Source of the DNA: Eledone cirrhosa
Lineage: Eukaryota
Assembly (NCBI GenBank): GCA_964016885.1
Contig: OZ024766.1
Span: forward strand, 9,920,001 to 9,984,000
DNA: 64,000 nt
Reading direction: 5' to 3'
Each line of letters opens with the position of its first letter. Position 1 is the first letter of the stretch. Shown here in pieces: positions 54,450 to 64,000 of the stretch. Under the pieces are notes generated by a model. The model was not told the origin of the DNA, did no database searches, and saw nothing but the letters and a program-made list of their open reading frames with translations. The position numbers were made by a program, and so were the translations under genes.

Positions 54450-55553
54450 CGAAGGAAGTGTGGTAAGGGTAAGGAACCAGGTGGACCATAACGCACAAGA
54501 GTGTTCGATACTTGGGGTAGTAGAGTGGGTAATAGGAAAAGAGTCAGGACCCCGGCGGCTGAGCTCCAGCCGTTTACGTCCGCTTTTCCATGATTGCAAG
54601 GTTGCGACAGGAACTGATTCCAGCTTGATTTCTACAGCTGGATGCCCTTCCTAACACCAAGCTCATTTACAGTGAGTGCTGGGCGCCTTTTTGCCGTGGC
54701 ACCTCCACGACCACTTTGCAGTGGAATGATAGGGACCCCAGTCCCTATCATCTCATTTCTACAGCTGAGTAAACTGGAGCAATGTGAAATAAAGTCTCTT
54801 GCTCAAGGAAACAACACATCACCCGGTCTGAGAATTGCACTCGCAACCTTTCGATTGCAAGGCCAATGCTCTAACCACTAAGCCATATGCCTCCATATAT
54901 ATATATCATCATCATCATCATCATCGTTTAACGTCCATCTTCCACGCTAGCATGGGTTTGGACGGGGATTTTCCCACTTGAGGCAAGATTGGTTGTCTTG
55001 CTCTTATAGGACTGCCTGGCGGGTTTTCTACGGCTGGATGCCCTACCTAAAACCAACCACATTTACAGTGTGGACTGGGAGGTTTTTACCGTGTTGCCTA
55101 CACGGCCACATTACAGCGTGGACTGTGTGTTTTTTTTGTCGTGACACCTACACGGCCTCATTTATTTAGGACTGCATGTTGTGGTACCAACATAACTTTA
55201 CATCGAAAGGGGTGGTGTGTATGATGTGGGGGTGGTGTATTTTTGTTAGAGGTGCCTACTGACTGTAGATTTCGCTTTGTACTTAAGCAAGGCGGGTCTT
55301 CTGTATTACTATGTAGCGCCAAAGATCTCGGTCCAGTGACATTGTCTTGGAGAGGTGTAAGTGTGTGAGGTAATATATATATATAACAGATTCAGCTCTC
55401 AAGACCAAATTTTCCTCTTTGCAAAGTTGACTTTTAGGTCTTTCAGCTCGAGGTTCTTCTCCCATGCTTGAAATGTTGCCTCTAACTCTCCTACAGATTC
55501 AGCTATGAGATACTAGGTTGTCAGCTTATAGGAGCTCCCATGGATTGCCTGTT

Positions 55554-55824
55554 TTAGCCCTTTAGCATTTACATTACTCTATATATACTATTGTATTTTC
55601 ACAGTAAAGGCTTTACCTCACATAATATATCACATAACATTTACATTACTCTATATATACTATTGTATCTCACATAATTATCCCACATAATATTGAATCT
55701 ATGAGATTTTGATATTATTTATTTTGAGATTAATGCCTTAACATCAGTATAAGCAGCCGGTTACAGCTGGTTTGAACAGAAAGGGGTGAGATAATTCTGG
55801 CCGGTTTAAATGCTAAAGGGTTAA
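55554..55824. mobile_element. piggyBac-like MITE, near-complete
   Basis: TTAG-CCCTTTAGCATTTA ... TAAATGCTAAAGGG-TTAA (14-bp TIR). Confidence 0.85.
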
Positions 55825-57290
55825 ACTCCTCAATAATGGCCTGAAGGACAATGATAAACAAGAGTGGGCTGAGGACTGATCTCTGGTGGACTCCTACCTA
55901 CACTTCAAATTCTTCACTGTACTCATTGCCAACTCTCACTCTGTTGGTTGCACTTCTATACATGTGAAGGCACGTGGCTTAGTGGTTAGAGCATTGGGCT
56001 TGCAAATGAAAGGTTGTGATTTCAATTCTCAGTTGTCCCCCATTAACTTTGCCTTTCATCCTTATGGGGTCGATAAAATAAAGTACCAGTAATACACTGG
56101 GTAATTGCTAGCCTTGTGCCAACAGTAGAAACAATTATTTGTGGGTGTTATGTTCCTAGAGCACCCACCAAGGCGCACGGCTTAGTGGTTAGAGCATTGA
56201 GCTTGCAATCGAAAGGATGTGAGTTCAATTCTCAGACCAGGTGATGTGTTGTTTCCTTGAGCAAGACACTTTATTTCACATTGCTCCAGTTTACTCAGCT
56301 GTAGAAATGAGATGATAGGACTGGGGTCCCTATCATTAAATCACCCAAGACACCTCCAACGAGATATACCTTGGAGGAGGCCAGCTAAACCTGCGTAGGT
56401 GTGAGCTGTCACACACACCACCAGTCATTACACTCTGGCCATGCTGGGGCACGACCAGTGACGGCACACGGCTTAGTGGTTAGAGCATTTGGCTTGCAAC
56501 CGAAAGGTTGTGAGTTCAATTCTCGGACCGGGTGATGTGTTGCTTCCTTGAGCAAGACACTTTATTTTACGTTGCTCCAGTTTACTCAGCTGTAGAAATG
56601 AGATGATAGGACTGAGGCCCTTATCATTAAATCCCCCAAGACACCTCCAACTAGATATAGCTTGGAGGAGGCCAGCTAAACCTGCGTAGGTGAGAGCTGT
56701 CACACACATACACACCTCTATACATGGCTTGCACAATCCTCACAAGCCATTCATTTACACCAAGCTTCCTAAGTGTCCACCAGATTATAGGGCGCAAGAC
56801 CTCGTAAGTTTGAAAGGCAAAGCTAACCTCAGCGGGACTTGAACTCACACCGTAAAGAGCCCTAACTCAGTGCCACAAAGCATGTTGTCCGACGCTCTAC
56901 CGAGCACTGCCAATCTCCCAAAACAACGAAACCAGAACAATATACATAGAAATCAGAATAAAAACACTTTTTAACATTTGTTCAAATATAATTTTATTTT
57001 TTAAAATTTATACAAAAAAATGAAACATCTTGGCATATAAAAATTATTATTATTATTATTGTTGTTATTATTATTATTATTATGTACATCATTACTGCCT
57101 TACTGAGCACAGCTATGTGTGCCTTGGCCACATGCAGTGTAGTTTTTGCTGATGTTTCTATTGTATTGATAGTACTTTTCGTAGTATGTGTGAAGTGCCT
57201 AGTAGTGCTATCTTTTGTATGCTGTATGTGTATATATATATATATATATTAGAAATTGGAATAAATGCTCTGAAATAGCGATATATATGT

Positions 57291-57678
57291 GAAGATAGAC
57301 ATAGAATATTCGAAAATATTCTGTATGTTTATAATAAACATTTTGAAGACCTAATCGCTATAGAATAGAATACGTCACGTATTACAATTAGATTCTCGAT
57401 AAAAGCAAGGGAAGTAACCTACGCGTTTCATTCTTATTAGAAATCTTCCTGTACACAGCTAAGTATTCTATAAGTCTCTAGCTGTGTCATTCTCGATAAA
57501 AGCACTGGATATGTAATCCTGAAGATTTCTAATAAGAATGAAACGCGTAGGTTACTTCCCTTGCTTTTATCGAGAATCTAATTGTAATACGTGACGTATT
57601 CTATTCTATAGCGATTAGGTCTTCAAAATGTTTATTATAAACATACAGAATATTTTCGAATATTCTATGTCTATCTTC
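57291..57678. repeat. Fold-back inverted repeat, ~158-bp apparently perfect arms
   Basis: 57291-57448 vs 57521-57678. Confidence 0.93.
57513..57555 (+). ncRNA. Minimal type I hammerhead (family E) in a fold-back
   Basis: gtaatc CTGAAGA tTTCT-aata-AGAAt GAAA CGCG TA ggttac; 6-bp stem I; palindromic ACGCGT. Confidence 0.78.
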
Positions 57679-57689
57679 ATATATATATA

Positions 57690-59185
57690 TATATTTGTAA
57701 GTCCTGTGGTACTCTATATAATATATATATACAGTACCTAGTAGTGCTATCTTTTGTATATTGTATATATTTGTAAGTCCTGTGGTACTCTATATATATA
57801 TATACAGTACCTAGTAGTGCTATCTTTTGTATGTTGTATATATTTGTAAGTCCTGTGGTACTCTATATAATATATATACAGTATAGTAGTGCTATCTTTT
57901 GTATGTTGTATATATTTGTAAGTCCTGTGGTACTCTATATAATATATATACAGTAGCTAGTAGTGCTATCTTCTGTATGTTGTATATATTTGTAAGTCCT
58001 GTGGTACTCTATATAATATATATATACAGTACCTAGTAGTGCTATCTTCTGTATGCTGTATATATTTGTAAGTCCTGTGGTACTCTATATAATATATATA
58101 CAGTACCTAGTAGTGCTATCTTTTGTATGTTGTATATATTTGTAAGTCCTGTGGTACTCTATATAATATATATACAGTATAGTAGTGCTATCTTTTGTAT
58201 GTTGTATATATTTGTAAGTCCTGTGGTACTCTATATAATATATATACAGTAGCTAGTAGTGCTATCTTTTGTATGCTGTATATATTTGTAAGTCCTGGGG
58301 TACTCTATATAATATATATACAGTACCTAGTAGTGCTATCTTCTGTATGTTGTATATATTTGTAAGTCCTGTGGTACTCTATATAATATATATACAGTAC
58401 CTAGTAGTGATATCTTTTGTATGTTGTATATATTTGTAAGTCCTGTGGTACTCTATATAATATATATACAGTAGCTAGTAGTGCTATCTTCTGTATGTTG
58501 TATATATTTGTAAGTCCTGTGGTACTCTATATAATATATATATACAGTAGCTAGTAGTGCTATCTTTTGTATGCTGTATATATTTGTAAGTCCTGGGGTA
58601 CTCTATATAATATATATACAGTATAGTAGTACTATCTTCTGTATGTTGTATATATTTGTAAGTCCTGTGGTACTCTATATAATATATATACAGTAGCTAG
58701 TAGTGCTATCTTTTGTATGCTGTATATATTTGTAAGTCCTGTGGTACTCTATATAATATATATATACAGTAGCTAGTAGTGCTATCTTTTGTATATTGTA
58801 TATATTTGTAAGTCCTGTGGTACTCTATATAATATATATACAGTATAGTAGTGCTATCTTTTGTATGCTGTATATATTTGTAAGTCCTGTGGTACTCTAT
58901 ATAATATATATATACAGTACCTAGTAGTGCTATCTTCTGTATGTTGTATATATTTGTAAGTCCTGTGGTACTCTATATAATATATATACAGTAGCTAGTA
59001 GTGCTATCTTCTGTATGTTGTATATATTTGTAAGTCCTGTGGTACTCTATATATATATATACAGTACCTAGTAGTGATATCTTTTGTATGCTGTATATAT
59101 TTGTAAGTCCTGTGGTACTCTATATAATATATATACAGTACCTAGTAGTGCTATCTTCTGTATGTTGTATATATTTGTAAGTCCT
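57690..59185 (+). repeat. ~72-76-bp minisatellite, ~20 copies
   Basis: Unit atttgtaagtcctgtggtactctatata..cagtacctagtagtgctatcttttgtatgttgtat. Confidence 0.95.
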
Positions 59186-59577
59186 AGGAGTATGGGTTAT
59201 GTATTTCTTTTGTTTTTTTTTGTATCATTCCTAAATCACCTATTATTTTAGGTATTGTTTCTGTTTTCATTTTCCACATTCAAGTTATTTCTATCTCTAG
59301 ATCTTTATATTTGGAGAGTTTCTCTATTTCCTTGGAAGATATATTGTCATCTGTGGAGATGTGATACATTCAGAAAACATTTATTATTATTAACAATTAT
59401 ATAAAAGTAGAAACAATTATTATTATTATTATTATTATTAATAGTAGTATAAATATTAGTGGGGGCTGGGAGAGGATATGTTACGGGATTGCATAGATAA
59501 GCGGTTGTTGTTATTATTATTATTATTATTATTATTACAAACATTATATAATAACAAAGAGCAATATTTTGTGTGTG

Positions 59578-59616
<39 letters not shown>

Positions 59617-59824
59617 GCATTTATACATAAATATTTAAAGATGCATACATACATACACACACATATATATATATATATATAGATAGATATTTAAACATAC
59701 ATACATACATTTACATATATACATATTTAAACATACATACATTTATATATATAGATATTTAAACATACATACATATACATATACATATATAGATATTTAA
59801 ACATACATACATTTACATATATAG

Positions 59825-62800
59825 ATAAAAACAGTGGATTTGTATGTAGAGAGATGGTTTCATAGGAATATTTTGATGGGGTTATTTTGTGTGAAAAAAG
59901 TGGATTTGTATAGGAATATTTTGATGGGGTTATTTTGTGTGAAAAAGTAGATTTGGATGTAGAGAGATGGTTTCATAGGAATATTTTGATGGGGTTATTT
60001 TGTGTGAAAAAAGTGGATTTGTATAAGAATATTTTGATGGGGTTATTTTGTGTGAAAAAGTAGATTTGGATGTAGAGAGATGGTTTCATAGGAATATTTT
60101 GATGGGGTTATTTTGTGTGAAAAAAGTGGATTTGTATGTAGAGAGATGGTTTCATAGGAATATTTTGATGGGGTTATTTTGTGTGAAAAAGTAGATTTGT
60201 ATGTAGAGAGATGGTTTCATAGGAATATTTTGATGGGGTTATTTTGTGTGAAAAAGTAGATTTGGATGTAGAGAGATGGTTTCATAGGAATATTTTGATG
60301 GGGTTATTTTGTGTGAAAAAGTAGATTTGGATGTAGAGAGATGGTTTCATAGGAATATTTTGATGGGGTTATTTTGTGTGAAAAAAGTGGATTTGTATAG
60401 GAATATTTTGATGGGGTTATTTTGTGTGAAAAAGTAGATTTGGATGTAGAGAGATGGTTTCATAGGAATATTTTGATGGGGTTATTTTGTGTGAAAAAAG
60501 TGGATTTGTATAGGAATATTTTGATGGGGTTATTTTGTGTGAAAAAGTAGATTTGTATGTAGAGAGATGGTTTCATAGGAATATTTTGATGGAGTTATTT
60601 TGTGTGAAAAAAGTGGATTTTGATGGAAATAGACAGACATTTATATAGGGATATATTATGTGAAAAAAGTTGATTTTGATGTAGAGAGACAGACAATTGC
60701 ATAGGGATGTCTTGAAGGGGTTATTTTATGTGAAAAAACTGGATTTTGATGTAGATAGACAGACATTTGTATAGGGATATATTGAAGGGGTTATTTTATG
60801 GATTTTGATGTAAAAAGACAAATAAATGCATAGAAATATTTTGGAAGGGAAATTTTGTGTGAAAAAAAGTTGATTTTGATGTAGATAGACAGATAGTAAT
60901 ATAGAAATATTTTGAAGGGGTTATTTTATATGAAAAAACTGGATTTGAATGTAGAGAGACAGACAACTGGGTTATTTCATGAAAAAAGTGGATTTTAATG
61001 TAGATCAAAGGTTCTCAACGGGGGGCATATGCACCCCTGGGGGCGTTTCGGAACTCCATGGGGGGGGGCGTTTGGGAGCAAGGGCGCGTTGTGGGGGGGG
61101 GGCTTTACTTTGGTAAATTTTATAAGCCATATTTGTATGTCTTTGAGATAGCCAGTGGGAATGTATTTGAATGAGCTTGCAGGCAGCATAACTATAGTCT
61201 GACCGCAGCTGTGAGCAGGTGTGCAGGCGTGTCCGGTAATTGAGACGTTAACCGGTAATTGAGATCCTAAAAATGAAAAAACCCCACAGTCAACTGGGTC
61301 AAGGACACTTTGAGTGCAGCTTAGTTAGAATCTTATCTTTCCTTCACCGATAACAATGTATTTCATGTCTGAAATTATTGACTCAACCGTAACGAGTTAA
61401 CACTATGTAGATCTATTTTATTCCCTATTGTATAAATAATATTACAAATAAAAAAAAAGAAAAGAAAAAACAGAAGCGAGTAGCACACACATCTAGGACC
61501 ACATACAACACATAATCAGGTAATACACACATCTAGGACCACATACTACACATAATCAGATAGCACACACATCTAGGACCACATACAACACATAATCAGG
61601 TAATACACACATCTAGGACCACATACAACACATAATCAGATAATACACACATCTAGGACCACATACAACACATAATCAGGTAATACACACATCTAGGACC
61701 ACATACTACACATAATCAGATAATACACACATCTAGGACCACATACAACACATAATCAGGTAATACACACATCTAGGACCACATACAACACATAATCAGA
61801 TAATACACACATCTAGGACCACATACAACACATAATCAGATAATACACACATCTAGGACCACATACAACACATAATCAGATAATACACACATCTAGGACC
61901 ACATACAACACATAATCAGATAATACACACATCTAGGACCACATACAACACATAATCAGATAATACACACATCTTTGGAATATTGTTAATCAATTTTTTA
62001 GTAACCTACTGATATAAAAATCAGTAGTATATTGAAAATTGGAAAAAAAAGGGGGGGGGGCGTTTCGTGATTTCGAGGGAAAAAAGGGGGTGTTTGGCCT
62101 AAATGGGTTGAGAACCTGTGATGTAGATAGATGGTTGCATGGAAATATTTTGAAGGGGATATTTTATGGGAATAATTGGATTTTGATGTAGAGAGATGGT
62201 TGCATATAAATATTTTGAAAGGGTTATTTTGTGTGAAACAAGCTGGATTTTGATGGAAATAGGCAGGCATTTATATATGGATGTATTGAAGGGGACATTT
62301 TAAGTGAATAAAAGTTGATTCTGATGTAGAGAGACAGACAATTGCATAGAAATATTTTGGAAGGGAAATTTTGTGTGAAAATATGTTGATTTTGATGTAT
62401 GCAGACAGGCGGTGACCTAGAAATATTTTAAAGGGGTTGTTTTGTGTAAAATAATTGGTTTTTGATGTAGAGAAACAGAGAGTTGTATAGGGATATATTG
62501 AAGGGGTTATTTTATGTGAAAAAAGTGGATTTTGATGTAGAGAGACAGACATTTGCATAGAAATATTTTGGAGGGGAAATAAATTTTGTGTGAAATAATG
62601 TTAATTTTGATGTAGTGAGGCAGACAATTGCAGAGAACGATTTTGGAAGGGAAATTTTGTGTGAAAAAATGTTGATTTTGGTGTAGTGAGGCAGACAATT
62701 GCAGAGAACGATTTTGGAAGGGAAATTTTGTGTGAAAAAATGTTGATTTTGGTGTAGTGAGGCAAACAATTGCAGAGAACGATTTTGGAAGGGAAATTTT

Positions 62801-63760
62801 GTGTGAAAAAATGTTGATTTTGATGTAGTGAGGCAAACAATTGCAGAGAACGATTTTGGAAGGGAAATTTTGTGTGAAAAAATGTTGATTTTGATGTAGT
62901 GAGGCAAACAATTGCAGAGAACGATTTTGGAAGGGAAATTTTGTGTGAAAAAATGTTGATTTTGATGTAGTGAGGCAAACAATTGCAGAGAACGATTTTG
63001 GAAGGGAAATTTTGTGTGAAAAAATGTTGATTTTGGTGTAGTGAGGCAAAGAATTGCATAGAACGATTTTGGAAGGGAAATTTTGTGTGAAAAAATGTTG
63101 ATTTTGGTGTAGTGAGGCAAACAATTGCAGAGAACGATTTTGGAAGGGAAATTTTGTGTGAAAAAATGTTGATTTTGATGTAGTGAGGCAAACAATTGCA
63201 GAGAACGATTTTGGAAGGGAAATTTTGTGTGAAAAAATGTTGATTTTGATGTAGTGAGGCAAACAATTGCAGAGAACGATTTTGGAAGGGAAATTTTGTG
63301 TGAAAAAATGTTGATTTTGGTGTAGTGAGGCAAAGAATTGCATAGAACGATTTTGGAAGGGAAATTTTGTGTGAAAAAATGTTGATTTTGATGTAGTGAG
63401 GCAAACAATTGCAGAGAACGATTTTGGAAGGGAAATTTTGTGTGAAAAAATGTTGATTTTGGTGTAGTGAGGCAAAGAATTGCATAGAACGATTTTGGAA
63501 GGGAAATTTTGTGTGAAAAAATGTTGATTTTGATGTAGTGAAACAAACAATTGCAGAGAACGATTTTGGAAGGGAAATTTTGTGTGAAAAAATGTTGATT
63601 TTGATGTAGAGAATCAGTGTTGTATATAAATGTTTTGAAGGGGTTATTTTGTATGAAAAAACTGAATTTAAATGTAGAGAGACAGACAACTGCATAGGGA
63701 TGTCTTGAAGGTATTATTTTGTGAAACAAAATGTATGCTTTGAAGCAGACGGGTAGATAG
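59825..63760 (+). repeat. ~60-bp satellite with homogenised sub-arrays (59830-60620 and 62580-63600) among degenerate units
   Basis: Shared motif gattttgatgtag..gaaggg..attttgtgtgaaaaaa. Confidence 0.92.
61006..62120. mobile_element. Non-autonomous hAT (Charlie-like) transposon
   Basis: TIR CAAAGGTTCTCAAC / GTTGAGAACCTGTG; exact 8-bp TSD ATGTAGAT at 60998-61005 and 62121-62128; internal 40-bp repeat ~12x at 61485-61974. Confidence 0.9.
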
Positions 63761-64000
63761 ATAATGTGAAGTAACTTTAACAATTTAGCATTTACATTAC
63801 TCTATATTTATTATTGTATTTTCGTAAATATCTTCTGCAATTTTTTTATGGGTTGGCTTTTTTGTGACAAAATATATATATTTTTTAACACTAAATTATT
63901 AACAATATATCATATTTACCAGCCTATTGGACGACCCTTCGCATAAGACGCTCCCTCTTGTTTTTTTATGTATTTTACGTAATATTTTGACGTTTATAGG

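Overview
Eukaryotic, AT-rich, extremely repeat-dense DNA. The SINE/LINE repertoire suggests an octopod cephalopod (inference). The main gene is a complete minus-strand WDR70 (gad-1 homolog): 17 coding exons, 50502 to 14914, 2238 nt, 745 aa, all GT-AG and phase-consistent when spliced by hand. Exon 1 and its upstream region occur twice, in a ~2.8-3.5 kb tandem duplication whose breakpoints lie in MITE-derived 72-bp arrays. A probable second minus-strand gene starts at 9511 (ATG GCC GAG|GTAAGT). The rest consists of microsatellites, two tRNA-derived SINE families, fragments of RTE, CR1, Tx1, R4/Dong and CRE-like LINEs, piggyBac- and hAT-type MITEs, and many minisatellites amplified from TE pieces. 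The most notable non-coding signal is a set of about five sequence-distinct hammerhead-ribozyme(-like) motif families. Most sit in the arms of long fold-back inverted repeats (Penelope/retrozyme-like), and several lie on the WDR70 pre-mRNA strand. Nearly all long ORFs in the supplied track are repeat artefacts.
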